64,000 nt of DNA from Promethearchaeota archaeon. Its GTDB lineage: Archaea > Asgardarchaeota > Lokiarchaeia > Sigyniarchaeales > SOKP01. A model generated the notes under the pieces. That model ran no database searches. It was not told the origin of the DNA and saw only the letters and a program-made list of their open reading frames with translations. Below, in pieces: positions 19,871 through 30,719 of this stretch. The stretch spans positions 160,001 through 224,000 of the forward strand of contig JAHPZA010000003.1 of the NCBI GenBank assembly GCA_019058445.1, in the 5' to 3' direction. A program made the translations under genes and the position numbers. The stretch's first letter is position 1, and each line of letters begins with the position of its first letter.

Positions 19871-20067
19871 TCTTTTTTTTTTAATTTTCTTTATTTATCA
19901 TCAGATTAATTATGGTACTACTAAAGTTGTTCAAATCTGAGCACAAATATTTAAAAATAAGCTTATTCTAATTTACATTTATGTACAAAATTTACTTTAA
20001 ATCCAAATTTTCACAAATCTTTTATTCAGTTAACTTAAAGTTTGTAAAGAATAATAGTGATTAAAAC

Positions 20068-21510
20068 ATGAGTAGCATTCAAAATGATAAAAAAACACTT
20101 GCAGTTATAATATCTGATGTTCATCTGGGAGCATCTAAAACAGAATACATCTTATTTTGGGATTTTCTTGACAATCTTAAGAAAGGATTTTTAGGAGAGC
20201 ATTTAAAGGCATTAATAATAACGGGGGATTTTTTCGATTTATGCATGAAATCTCCTAATCAAATTAGTACAATTTATAGCATGTATTTTCAGGCTTTAAA
20301 TAATATTCAACAAAATGGAATTGATGTATATTTCACTTTAGGCAATCATGAGATTGAAGTCTATGATGAAATTAATAAAAATTATGATAAACTGTTTGCT
20401 TCGAGGAAGAAGGATTTCTTAACAGCTTTTAATGCTGGTATCTTGAATAATAATAATGTTTCTCAATATGTTTTGTTGACGATAAAGGACAGCAGTTTAG
20501 ACGTTCTTTCTAGCGACACACTCAATCAACTAGTAAGCCAAATACAAGTAAGTGATGGTGATTATTTGTGTCTAGTTGTGCACGGGTTTCAATACGATAG
20601 CAAAACTCATCGTAATATGTTTAGTCGTATTTTCTGGGGACCTATGATTAATTCAAGAGTGAGTTGGATTAAGTCTACTGTAAACTTTCTCTGGAATAAT
20701 GTGTTAAGCAGTATACGAAAAACAAGAGCGATATCTACCATAGATATGCTCAGAGAACTAAAAAGATGCAATATTAAGAGGGACAGATTTGAAATTTTCC
20801 GTTATCTTAAAACCATACAGTTATGGCAGGATTTTCTTTTTAGGCACAGAAACCAGGATTATTATAGAAGAATAATTAGATTTTTAAATCCCTATCCTCT
20901 CTCTAAAATAAAGAGCGTAATTTTCGGTCATAGCCATAAAGGTGAAATATGTAAAGATAAAAAAATAAAAACAAATAAGATTATAATGAATTCTGGAGCA
21001 TGGCAGAAGACTTATAAACCACCATATGTGCTAGTTCAACTTGATAATAACAAAGTTAAATTATCTTTCAAAAGATATAAAATCTCGCCCGATCTACGAC
21101 TATTGAAATTTTATTTTGAAGTTGTAGATTTTCTCGAAACCAAAATTAAAGAAATCTTTTATAAGGAATCGGAAGATTCTATTAAAGAGGCTCAGTTGCA
21201 TAAGAGGGCTCTACTACTTGACAGGGCAAAACAAAGAGGGATTATCACTCAGAACGAATTTAACCAAATTGAATTTTGGAGAGCGCAAAAACAAAAGGTC
21301 TTTGGTAAGGCAGGTTATGATGTAAAAACGGTTTTAAGCCAAATTAACAGAGAGAAATGGGAGCAGTTCCCCTCCCAAGCTAAAAATTTGTATCAAAATA
21401 TAATTGATAGCACTCAAGATGGTGGAGGCGCGGGTGCACAGAAAAGAAAAGCTCTACTATATTACTTCACTCCTAAAAGACGAAGAGTTTTTCACCATTT
21501 CATCCCATAA
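20068..21510 (+). CDS. Calcineurin-like metallophosphoesterase with C-terminal helical extension
   Basis: SDVHLG, GDFFD, GNHE, VHG and GHSH motifs; ~140 extra C-terminal residues. Confidence 0.8.
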   Translation: MSSIQNDKKTLAVIISDVHLGASKTEYILFWDFLDNLKKGFLGEHLKALIITGDFFDLCMKSPNQISTIYSMYFQALNNIQQNGIDVYFTLGNHEIEVYDEINKNYDKLFASRKKDFLTAFNAGILNNNNVSQYVLLTIKDSSLDVLSSDTLNQLVSQIQVSDGDYLCLVVHGFQYDSKTHRNMFSRIFWGPMINSRVSWIKSTVNFLWNNVLSSIRKTRAISTIDMLRELKRCNIKRDRFEIFRYLKTIQLWQDFLFRHRNQDYYRRIIRFLNPYPLSKIKSVIFGHSHKGEICKDKKIKTNKIIMNSGAWQKTYKPPYVLVQLDNNKVKLSFKRYKISPDLRLLKFYFEVVDFLETKIKEIFYKESEDSIKEAQLHKRALLLDRAKQRGIITQNEFNQIEFWRAQKQKVFGKAGYDVKTVLSQINREKWEQFPSQAKNLYQNIIDSTQDGGGAGAQKRKALLYYFTPKRRRVFHHFIP

Positions 21511-21651
21511 ATAATTTTTATAAAAACTAGAACCCTAAATTCTTTTTTTTTTATTTTTTGCTAGTTTATAATAGGAATTTATTTTTTGTTTTAGAAACTT
21601 TAATAGCAATCTAATATTGCTTTTAAATTATAGAAATAATTTCGAGTTAAA

Positions 21652-22830
21652 ATGCCGGTTGATTGGGAATATATTAGAAAAGATCAATTTCCTGCCTTAG
21701 AAAATTATACTTATTTAATTACCGCAGGTTCAGCGCCAATTAGTAGAAGCGCTTATGAAAGTGGAATAGATTATTTTAATAGGATGTTGAATTATGGCGA
21801 TATTGACCATGAGCTGTTTTTTCTGGACATTGCCGAACCCCGAAAAATGATTGCTGAATATCTTAATACAAACCATGAGAATATTGCATTTATGATAAAT
21901 ACTTCCTCCGGACTTGCGACAATCGCACACATTTTAAAACATCACAAAAGTGGTTTGTTATATCCCGGGATTGAGTTCCCTGCTACTGTCCACTTATTTA
22001 AACGATTGGGATTTCCTACTAAAAGAATAGAAGGTACAAATTATTCATTTCTAATTGAGGATTTTAAAAAGGGAATAACTGAGAACACTAAATACTGTAT
22101 TCAAAGCCATGTACAATCCTTTAATGGTTTCAGACAAAATCTTGAAACATTTGGAAAATTTTGTAGAGAAAACAATTTAACAAATATAATTAATGCCACA
22201 CAATCATTCGGAGCATTTGAAATTGACGTTGAAAAAGATAATATCGATTTTCTCGTATCGAGTGGATTAAAAAACATTGCATGTGGGTGGGGAATTGGGA
22301 TTTTATTTGTCCGCGAAAAATTTATCGATGAGAATATACCTTTTACGAGTTGGCTAAGTGTGGAAGATCCCTTCTCTATGGATTGTGAAAACTTGAGAAT
22401 ATTTAAAAAGACGCTTGCGATGGATTCCTTTGGGGGGTGTCCTAATTTTGCGGCGTTATTATCCTTAAAGGGAGGATTGGAGTTGGTTCATAACGTTATT
22501 GGTCGAGGAAGTATACGTACGGGAATTAAGAAAATTCAAAACCGTGTGATCTCCCTTACTGATCAATTTTTTCCTGAAATTCAAAATTTAGATTTTAAAA
22601 TTATAACTCCACTTGAAAAAGAATACAGATCTGGAATAATTACAGTTGAACATCAAAAGGCTAAGAGGATTTATCGTGAATTAGTTAAGAATAAGATATA
22701 TGTTACTTTAAAGAGATATCCACAAAATACCAAAGAAACACTCTTAAGATTCGCAATTAATTATTATAATAATATTGACGATCTTAATAAGACCATCAGC
22801 GTATTAAAAGGAATTTTACAGAAATTCTAA
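21652..22830 (+). CDS. Aminotransferase class V (PLP-dependent)
   Basis: QFP, NTSSG, EFPA, SHVQ, ATQS, SSGLK (PLP lysine), C-terminal R-x-x-x-x-YYN. Confidence 0.85.
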   Translation: MPVDWEYIRKDQFPALENYTYLITAGSAPISRSAYESGIDYFNRMLNYGDIDHELFFLDIAEPRKMIAEYLNTNHENIAFMINTSSGLATIAHILKHHKSGLLYPGIEFPATVHLFKRLGFPTKRIEGTNYSFLIEDFKKGITENTKYCIQSHVQSFNGFRQNLETFGKFCRENNLTNIINATQSFGAFEIDVEKDNIDFLVSSGLKNIACGWGIGILFVREKFIDENIPFTSWLSVEDPFSMDCENLRIFKKTLAMDSFGGCPNFAALLSLKGGLELVHNVIGRGSIRTGIKKIQNRVISLTDQFFPEIQNLDFKIITPLEKEYRSGIITVEHQKAKRIYRELVKNKIYVTLKRYPQNTKETLLRFAINYYNNIDDLNKTISVLKGILQKF

Positions 22831-22907
22831 TCTAGACTTTAAGTCTTTTATCGTTTTTTATGGATTTTATAAATTTAAAATCCCTTCTTTTATATTAGAT
22901 AATGATT

Positions 22908-23423
22908 TCAAATTAAGAATTGATTTGATGTACTGCAACCGCTGCAAGTATCGGACGATTTAGGGATTGATTTTCTCTCGTACAATCCAAAAAGCTCAGC
23001 ATATTCAATAATATGTTGGTTTATTATTCTTCTAAAGTTTTGATTATTTAATCCTTCTAATTTCTCAACATCTAAAGCATAAATTCTAAAAACATATTTT
23101 TGCATTCCTCCCGCAGCATTCGGACCTTCATAATTTAAAGTATAAAAATCATTTTGAACTTCTATTCCGGGGATAATCCCATCTTGTTGAATTTCATTCA
23201 CATCTAAAGGAATATTATAAACATACCAATGATATATTTCACCAACCTCTGGATCTCGGCGAGAAAAGGAAATTGCATAGCTTTTTGTTCCATCTGGAGG
23301 ATTCTCCCATCTCAAATGGGGAGAAAAATCTTCTCCATCACATGTAAACTTTTTATCCATTATCTCATTGTTTTTAAAATTATTGCTTTCAAGAATCATC
23401 ATGAAAAATAAGAAAAAGAGCAA
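22908..23423 (-). CDS. YbhB/YbcL (PEBP) family protein, divergent copy
   Basis: TCDGEDFSPHLRW, HWYVYNIP, FRIYALD; likely start ~23402. Confidence 0.85.
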   Translation of the reverse strand: MLFFLFFMMILESNNFKNNEIMDKKFTCDGEDFSPHLRWENPPDGTKSYAISFSRRDPEVGEIYHWYVYNIPLDVNEIQQDGIIPGIEVQNDFYTLNYEGPNAAGGMQKYVFRIYALDVEKLEGLNNQNFRRIINQHIIEYAELFGLYERKSIPKSSDTCSGCSTSNQFLI

Positions 23424-23438
23424 ATTTAAAGATTTCCT

Positions 23439-23867
23439 CTATGCGCTATAAAGTCCAATTAATTCCGCAGATTCTATTGTGTGTTCCTTTACTTCTTTCA
23501 TAAAGGTTTTCTTCGTAATATCCTCAAGACTTTTAACATCAAGAGCATAAATTCGAAAAAAATATCTATGTGTTCCACTGGGGGGTGCAGGACCACCATA
23601 ACCTATTTTTCCATAATCATTCTTTAATTCTGTCCCGGGAACAGGTCCTCCCTGAGAGATTTCATTAGTTTCTGCTGGAATATTGCAAACTAACCAGTGT
23701 ATCCAATCACCTACAGGTGCATCAGGGTCATTACACGATAGAGCAAAGCTTTTAGTTTGATTCGGAGCATCTTCCCACTTAAGATGAGGAGAGATATTAT
23801 CTGCGCGGAAAGAAAATTTCTTATCCATTGATTCTTTATGTTTAAAATCATTACTTATGAGTTTCAT
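23439..23867 (-). CDS. YbhB/YbcL (PEBP/Raf kinase inhibitor-like) protein
   Basis: DPDAP, HW, GYGGPAPP, HRYFF canonical motifs. Confidence 0.92.
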   Translation of the reverse strand: MKLISNDFKHKESMDKKFSFRADNISPHLKWEDAPNQTKSFALSCNDPDAPVGDWIHWLVCNIPAETNEISQGGPVPGTELKNDYGKIGYGGPAPPSGTHRYFFRIYALDVKSLEDITKKTFMKEVKEHTIESAELIGLYSA

Positions 23868-24008
23868 AAGTACGAACTAAGTTTAGAATGTATTTATTTA
23901 TTTTGGCTGTTATCATAATATGTGAATATATAAATACGTTATATTTACTTTTTTATAATAGAAACTACCTTAGATCTTCACGTATTGTGATTTTAGGATT
24001 AATTTAAT

Positions 24009-27000
24009 ATGATTGATAATGAAGAAGAATCATTTGAGCTCATAGAAAAATATCGAGTTATAATTGAGAATGTTAATGACCTAATTTGTATAGTTGAAAA
24101 AGATCATCCGTATAAAATTAAATTTATAAATGAAACAATATTTTTGAGCGTTTTAAATTACTCAAATGAGGATTTAATTGATAATTCAATTTTAAATTAT
24201 ATTCATCCTGAAGATCTTAAGGAATTTGAAAAGTTCTTGAAAAAGGGAACTGATGGAAAGATCGAATTACAGGAGATAAGAGTCAAGAATAAAAATAACA
24301 AATTTATCTGGTTTGAATATAAAATAAAAAAATATAAGGACTCAAACGAAAATAATAAACTTCTCATAATCTTAGAAAACCGTTCTCAGAATAAGACTTT
24401 AGAGAAAAAAATAAGTGAAAGTGAAGCTAAATTAAAAAATATAATGACCTCCTTACCTGAAATTCGGTTTTGGAAATTATTTTATCCTAAAAAGTATGAA
24501 GAAGCATTGAGAACATCATATGAAATGCTTCAAAAAGTAATAGATAACATTCCTGAAAATATCTTCTGGAAGGATACAAATTTAGTATATTTAGGATGCA
24601 ATCAAAATTACTCCAATTTTATAGGCGCTGATAATCCAGAATACGTAATTGGTGAGACGAATAGAGACCTTTTATTGGAAGATTTATTATCCACAGAAAA
24701 ACTTTTGGAATTGGAGGAAAACGAATCAAAGGTTATAACTTCAAATCAACCAGAATTTCATATTATTGAATACTGGAATTTAAAAAATGGAGAAAGATTA
24801 TGGTTTGATACAAATAGAATACCCCTTCATGATTCAGAGGGAAATGTCGCTGGAATTCTCGTGACTTATGACGATATAACAGAATTAAAGAAAGCAGAAG
24901 AAGATTTAATAGAGTCTGAAGAAAAATTTAGGACTATCAGTGAGAGAACTTCATTGGGCTTATTTATTTTACAAGATGATGTCCTTACTTACGTTAATCG
25001 AGGGGCCTCAATAAGCCTTGGATATTCTTTTTCAGAAATGAAAGAATGGAAGCCTGGAAAATATCTCCAGTTATTCTTTCCAGAAGATCGAGATTTGATT
25101 GCTAATCTTGCGAGCCAATTACAAGGAGGAATAAGGCCAGATAGAGCCAATATTCAAGTTCGGTGTATAAAAAAATCTAAGGATATAATGTGGGTAGAAT
25201 TATTTGGTCAAACTATAAATTATAGAGGTAAACAAGCTGGATTAATCTCAGCTATCGATATTACTCAAAGAAAAAAGGCAGAAGAAGATTTAATTGAGTC
25301 TGAGGAAAAATACCGCCATTTATTTGGAAACTCTCCAAATATGATATGTTTAATCGACACAAATAGAAGAATAATTGATTTAAATGCTGCATTCTTAAAA
25401 TTCTTTAATTCTAAAAAAGATGAAATGATAGGAAAAGATGTTCTCGAGGCCTATAATTTTTCTCAAAAAGAGTTGTCTTTAATTGATAAAAAATATAAGG
25501 AACTTCTCAAAAAAGGGAATATAAAACCATTCGAAATTGAATTTAAATTTGAAAATGATAGATCTGTATGGGTTAATGTTCAAGCCTCCTTTGTAGAAAC
25601 TGGAATTAAAACTCTTATAGAAATATTAATGCAAGACATCACAGATAGAAAGCGATCTGAAGAAATTTTACAACTTAATGAGGCTCGTCTTGAAGCATTA
25701 CTTAAGCTTAGTCAAATGGGAGATTTATCAGAAAAAGAGATTGCTGATTTTGCAGTAGTAAAATGTGTTGATCTCACAAATAGCAAACTTGGGTGTATCT
25801 TCTTTTTTAATGAAGAGAAATCTAATTTAAAAGTGGTTTCTTGCTCAAATCAGTTGGAAGATCAATGCAATATTAAGCAATTACAAGAATTTTCATCAAA
25901 AGAATTTAATATGTGGAATGAAATACTTATTCAGCGAAAGCCAATTGTTAATAATAATTGTACGGAAAATACAAAATTATTTATATGCATATCCAATAGA
26001 GGAGAAAGAATAATTCGGTATTTATGCATCCCTATCTTAGAGGGAGAGCATATTGTTGCGGTGACAACTGTTATTAATAAGAAAAATAATTATAATGAAT
26101 CTGATATAAATCAATTAACATTATTCATGGATGGTGTCTGGAAAAATATCCAACGTAAGAGAGCCCGAGATGCGCTAGAAAGGAGTGAGGGAAAATACCG
26201 CGATTTACTTGAGACTTCTTCAATGGGGATATTAGAATATAATTTCACTCTCAATGATTATTCATATGTTAATCCTAAATTGTTGGAAATGTTGGGCTAT
26301 GATAAAAACGATGATTTCAATGTGAAAATCTTTTCTAAAAGCATACATCCGGATGAAATAAAAAAATTTAATAGAGTTGTCGAAAAAGACCAATTAGAAT
26401 TCAGAATATATGATAAACAAGGGAATTTAAAATGGTTCCTTGGAAAACTCATTAATCAATTTGATGATGAAGGGAATAATCTTAGTTTTAGAGTATGGTT
26501 GGAAGATATCACAGAGAAAAAGATTTATGAAGAGCTTATATATGAGTTAAATATAAACTTCTTAAGTTTTACCACGGATATTCAAAAAAATATTGATATG
26601 CTAATTCAGACATGCGGTAAATTGTTAAGTGCAAGTGCTGTCCTATATGTTCACAAAAGAATCCAAGATGGAAAAGAAATTTATCAGTTAATGGATAGCA
26701 ATAAAGACGTCTTTCTCTATAATTCAGAAGAGTTTACTAAGAAGTTTTTTATTAGCACTTTGTTTGACGAAAACCATGATTATATTCAGACCCTTTTCGA
26801 TGTTCATAAATCAGATTATTCAAAAATTGACCCTTACTTAATAAAATATGAGGTAACTGGTTGTTATGGAAAATTAATTAAATCTCAAGACGAATATAAT
26901 AGTGCCATATGTGTTTTCTACAAAAAAAATCCTATTATCTCACATCAAGACAAACTAGTCTTGTTTTTAATTTGCGACGCGATTGAAATTGAACAACGTC

Positions 27001-27734
27001 GCTGGAAAGTTCAACAAGATTTAGAAGAACAGAGTAGTCTTAAGACTGAACTACTTTCAAGAACTTCACATGAATTAAAAACTCCCCTCATATCAATTAA
27101 AGGATTTACTGAACTTTTACTTACAGTGCATAAACCTAATTTAGATACCGATATGATTTCCATTTTGGAAGAAATAAAGGAGGGAAGTAGTCGATTAGAG
27201 AAATTAGTTAACTCACTCTTAGAAAGTTCACGATTAGATCAAGGCCAGTTAAAACTAAATATCACCACCGAAGATTTAACTTTCCTAATAAAATTTTGCG
27301 TTAAAGAATTGCAAGCTTTAGCAGAACTGAGAAATCAAACAATAATACTTAATGTACAGGAATATTTAACTTGCAGCTTTGATAAAGAGAGAGTTTATGA
27401 AGTATTGACTAATCTCCTGCTTAATGCGATTAAATATACCCCTCCAGGAGGAGAAATAACCATTAAATCTGAAATCAGAGAAAAATTCTATATAATATCC
27501 GTCGAAGATACGGGAATCGGGATTACTGATGATGAAAAGAGTCAGCTTTTCAAACAATTTGGAAAAATTGAGAGATATGGTAAAGGATGGGATGTAGATA
27601 TAGAAGGTTCTGGTCTTGGCTTGTATATCTCGAAAAATATTGTCAATTTACATGGCGGAAGCATTTGGGTTGAATCAGAAGGAAGGAATAAAGGTAGCAA
27701 ATTTTATTTTTCTCTTCCAATTATATCTGAATAA
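24009..27734 (+). CDS. Soluble multi-PAS/GAF sensor histidine kinase
   Basis: Several PAS repeats ending in DITxxK, a GAF region, H-box SHELKTPL, NAIKYT, DTGIG, GSGLGL. Confidence 0.93.
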   Translation: MIDNEEESFELIEKYRVIIENVNDLICIVEKDHPYKIKFINETIFLSVLNYSNEDLIDNSILNYIHPEDLKEFEKFLKKGTDGKIELQEIRVKNKNNKFIWFEYKIKKYKDSNENNKLLIILENRSQNKTLEKKISESEAKLKNIMTSLPEIRFWKLFYPKKYEEALRTSYEMLQKVIDNIPENIFWKDTNLVYLGCNQNYSNFIGADNPEYVIGETNRDLLLEDLLSTEKLLELEENESKVITSNQPEFHIIEYWNLKNGERLWFDTNRIPLHDSEGNVAGILVTYDDITELKKAEEDLIESEEKFRTISERTSLGLFILQDDVLTYVNRGASISLGYSFSEMKEWKPGKYLQLFFPEDRDLIANLASQLQGGIRPDRANIQVRCIKKSKDIMWVELFGQTINYRGKQAGLISAIDITQRKKAEEDLIESEEKYRHLFGNSPNMICLIDTNRRIIDLNAAFLKFFNSKKDEMIGKDVLEAYNFSQKELSLIDKKYKELLKKGNIKPFEIEFKFENDRSVWVNVQASFVETGIKTLIEILMQDITDRKRSEEILQLNEARLEALLKLSQMGDLSEKEIADFAVVKCVDLTNSKLGCIFFFNEEKSNLKVVSCSNQLEDQCNIKQLQEFSSKEFNMWNEILIQRKPIVNNNCTENTKLFICISNRGERIIRYLCIPILEGEHIVAVTTVINKKNNYNESDINQLTLFMDGVWKNIQRKRARDALERSEGKYRDLLETSSMGILEYNFTLNDYSYVNPKLLEMLGYDKNDDFNVKIFSKSIHPDEIKKFNRVVEKDQLEFRIYDKQGNLKWFLGKLINQFDDEGNNLSFRVWLEDITEKKIYEELIYELNINFLSFTTDIQKNIDMLIQTCGKLLSASAVLYVHKRIQDGKEIYQLMDSNKDVFLYNSEEFTKKFFISTLFDENHDYIQTLFDVHKSDYSKIDPYLIKYEVTGCYGKLIKSQDEYNSAICVFYKKNPIISHQDKLVLFLICDAIEIEQRRWKVQQDLEEQSSLKTELLSRTSHELKTPLISIKGFTELLLTVHKPNLDTDMISILEEIKEGSSRLEKLVNSLLESSRLDQGQLKLNITTEDLTFLIKFCVKELQALAELRNQTIILNVQEYLTCSFDKERVYEVLTNLLLNAIKYTPPGGEITIKSEIREKFYIISVEDTGIGITDDEKSQLFKQFGKIERYGKGWDVDIEGSGLGLYISKNIVNLHGGSIWVESEGRNKGSKFYFSLPIISE

Positions 27735-27779
27735 ATATTTTATCAAAGAATTAAAAGATAATCAAAGAAGATTTAAAAA

Positions 27780-28844
27780 TTATTGAATTTTATATTCTAA
27801 AATTAAATGTCGTCGATCCCTAATACCTTGCATTTTTTGTGCCATAGTCGCATTTGCAATATTTTCTGATCCTACAGGCCAAGAACCATATCGCATACCC
27901 TCTTTATAGATTTTCTTTGCTCCTACACCGTACATTAGCATTGCAAGTCCAGCTCGTCGATGTTCTGGATGAACCACCCAATCATGGAAGCTAGCTGAAT
28001 TTAAGCGATTTCTTTTATCTCTAGAAAAAGGATTGGGGATAATATATCCACAAGCAACCATCTCTTTTGTAGGTTTATAAAAAACAGACCAAATGTGTGA
28101 TTCTAAGCCGAATTTGTGTATAAATTCAATATGTACTTCTGGATGAATAGGATTCATAGGAGAAATTTGAGCAGATGGAGGCATATACTTCAAATGTAGA
28201 TCAACCATTTGATTAAGCTGATCCCAGACCTCTGTTTTTGATGGATTAGTGTATTCGTAATCAGAATAGTCATAATAAGTACCATTTTTTTTTTTAATAC
28301 TGTAAGGATCAAATGGCAAAACCGGTACATTATATCGGTCTTCTTCAAATTTAACATAAAATCCATTATTAAGAAAAACTTTTTGATATATTGGGGGATT
28401 TACAGGACAGCAAATAAATAATGATTTATTACTTCCTTCGACCATAAAACCCCATCCAAATATAACTGCAGGGATATTTACTGGTCCCCTAATATAATCA
28501 TAATCGTTTTCTACAGCGTATTTTATAAGACTATTCATCAGAAAAGCAATTTTCCCTTCATCATGATCGTATGTGCCGAAAAATCCGAAAAACAGAGTTT
28601 TATTTCCTCCATCATATATGATTGTAATTCCTACAACTTTATCAATAAAATCCGTTTTATCGATAAAAATGCTATTCTTAATATTTTCTTCTAAAAGGAT
28701 TGCTTTAACATTAAAACCATTAAATGTCTTTATTATTATTTTTTTAAATTCTGGTAATATGGGAATGTTTATACCAATTTGCAGGAATTTTATAATTTCA
28801 TTTGGATTAGTCAATATCTTCATAGTAAATTGTAATTTTGTCAT
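27780..28844 (-). CDS. YghO-like tandem GNAT-fold protein
   Basis: FFGFF, RGPVN, NPPIY...GF and acyl-CoA motif VHPEHRRAGLA. Confidence 0.75.
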   Translation of the reverse strand: MTKLQFTMKILTNPNEIIKFLQIGINIPILPEFKKIIIKTFNGFNVKAILLEENIKNSIFIDKTDFIDKVVGITIIYDGGNKTLFFGFFGTYDHDEGKIAFLMNSLIKYAVENDYDYIRGPVNIPAVIFGWGFMVEGSNKSLFICCPVNPPIYQKVFLNNGFYVKFEEDRYNVPVLPFDPYSIKKKNGTYYDYSDYEYTNPSKTEVWDQLNQMVDLHLKYMPPSAQISPMNPIHPEVHIEFIHKFGLESHIWSVFYKPTKEMVACGYIIPNPFSRDKRNRLNSASFHDWVVHPEHRRAGLAMLMYGVGAKKIYKEGMRYGSWPVGSENIANATMAQKMQGIRDRRHLILEYKIQ

Positions 28845-28888
28845 AATTTTTCACGCCTCACAAAATAGAAAACTGTTAGTTAGTTGAA

Positions 28889-29596
28889 TTATATATTTTG
28901 TCCAATTCCATAATAAATTAAAAGTCCAGAAGGAATTACTAAGTTAAATACTATTAAAGCCCATACTGCTCTAAATAGAGGATCATGCCATGTATTATAT
29001 AATATTAATCCATAAAAGGCAAATAACATCCCAAAAATTCCACAGAAAAAATACTTTAGTTTCTTTTTTAGCTTAGAATCGATAAATGTCTTATACAATT
29101 TAATTGACAAAAATATGGATGGAAATGTAATAAATACTGTAAAAAAGACATAAATTATTAGGAAAAAATGCCAACTAAATAGTGGTGCCCAGTTTGTCTT
29201 TTCAGATATGATAATCCCTCCCGGATAGCTAAATATTATTAAAATAATAATCGCATAAACAACTATAATTAACACATCTTTTCTATTGGAAACACTTGAT
29301 TCTAAATAAACCAGGTTTTTAATGAAAACTATAAGAAATATAAATCCAAATAATATTAAATAAGCAGCAATAAAATACAACACATAACCTAAAATAGTAG
29401 TACTATAAAGTAAAAATATTAGATTTAATAAAAAACCCGTTGCTGGTAAAATATAGAACATACTTAAAGTTAAAGTAGTCTTATTATAGCTTCTTTTGAG
29501 AATTCTTAACGCTAAATAGTATAATAGAAGCACTAAGAAAGTATGTATAATAAGAATTAAAAAAATTCTTGACCAAATTGTATTTTGCAGTATCAA
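28889..29596 (-). CDS. Standalone seven-transmembrane protein (paralog of 10658..11371)
   Basis: About 7 TM segments; shares LA-x-x-(I/V)LKR, SIK(L/I)Y-x-x-F-x-D and terminal YYG motifs. Confidence 0.75.
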   Translation of the reverse strand: MILQNTIWSRIFLILIIHTFLVLLLYYLALRILKRSYNKTTLTLSMFYILPATGFLLNLIFLLYSTTILGYVLYFIAAYLILFGFIFLIVFIKNLVYLESSVSNRKDVLIIVVYAIIILIIFSYPGGIIISEKTNWAPLFSWHFFLIIYVFFTVFITFPSIFLSIKLYKTFIDSKLKKKLKYFFCGIFGMLFAFYGLILYNTWHDPLFRAVWALIVFNLVIPSGLLIYYGIGQNI

Positions 29597-29699
29597 GATA
29601 ATTCACAATATTTTTTTATAATAATATTAGACTTTTCAAAATATAAATAATCGCTCTTATTCCATAATTATTATAAAATTTGTATAATCAAATATAAAT

Positions 29700-30560
29700 C
29701 TATAATGGTTTCATTTTCAAATAATCATATCCAATGATTTGGGGTGCAAGAATCATTTTCTTTATTTCTAGTATTCCTGATACAATTATCTCAAAACTTA
29801 AGTAAGCGGCAGTCATATGGACGACTGGGGCAAGAGATACTAATGCAATTTTTCCTTCAATCATTCCATCAACAGCTCCTTTTTCCCTATCATAGGTTTT
29901 TCTTATATTAGGAAATTTTAATAAATAATTTAATTGAGCTATTTTGATTTCTTGTAATATACTTTTTGATTTTTGAATATCTTCAATTTTCATATTATGA
30001 GTATTTAAACCATAACAGTTTTCATAATCGATACTTTTTGATGTAAACCACCACGCGAACAAGTAGGGGATGCCCCATGACTCGATCATAGGTATAGACC
30101 TTTTCCGACACTCTCTTGAGATTAAAATAGATATAATTGGATCATCTAAAGTTAAAGCTACAATATGCGTATTTTTTAAAACTTCTATCAGATTGTCTTC
30201 AATAATTTCATAATATTTATTAATATTCAAATCAGGATTGATTTTATACAAAAAATTTTCAATTACATCTACTTTATACTCACCAATATCTTCTCTTGTG
30301 CACAGTTGTCTATTTAAATTTGATTCTGAAAATATATCATTATCACATATTACAAGATTTTCACATCCTGATCTAACTAGATTTTCAATAAGAGGTCCTC
30401 CAAGACCACCTAAACCAAACACACCCACTCTTGTTTTTTTAAGTTTTTCTTGCTCTGTAAACTTAATAATACCAATATTTCTTTTTATATGATTCCAGTA
30501 TTGGGTTGACCAATTTTTAGGAACTTTAGATTCAAACAAGTTCACATTACCAGTTTTCAT
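29700..30560 (-). CDS. ThiF/E1-family adenylyltransferase
   Basis: RNIG...EQEKL, GLGGLG, D-x-D-x-F-x-x-SNLNRQ; no C-terminal CxxC zinc pairs. Confidence 0.9.
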   Translation of the reverse strand: MKTGNVNLFESKVPKNWSTQYWNHIKRNIGIIKFTEQEKLKKTRVGVFGLGGLGGPLIENLVRSGCENLVICDNDIFSESNLNRQLCTREDIGEYKVDVIENFLYKINPDLNINKYYEIIEDNLIEVLKNTHIVALTLDDPIISILISRECRKRSIPMIESWGIPYLFAWWFTSKSIDYENCYGLNTHNMKIEDIQKSKSILQEIKIAQLNYLLKFPNIRKTYDREKGAVDGMIEGKIALVSLAPVVHMTAAYLSFEIIVSGILEIKKMILAPQIIGYDYLKMKPL

Positions 30561-30719
30561 TAGAAAGTTTTATAATTTTTTAGATTGTTAATTATGACAT
30601 GAGAGGGGTTATCATTTTAAAATAATACAAAGCTTAGTAATTTTAATTAATCCAAATTATAGTAAAATTGATATTTTTTTTTTCCACATCTTATCATTTA
30701 GGATAATTGTTATCGAATA

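Noticed and set aside
24885-25320. Near-identical ~40-bp repeats (GCAGAAGAAGATTTAAT-GAGTCTGA) inside the kinase
   Set aside because: They encode the repeated PAS linker KKAEEDLIESEEK; ordinary domain duplication.
29700-30560. Ubiquitin/SAMP E1 or MoeB role for the ThiF protein
   Set aside because: No zinc CxxC pairs and no carrier, E2 or JAB gene nearby; not excluded but unsupported.
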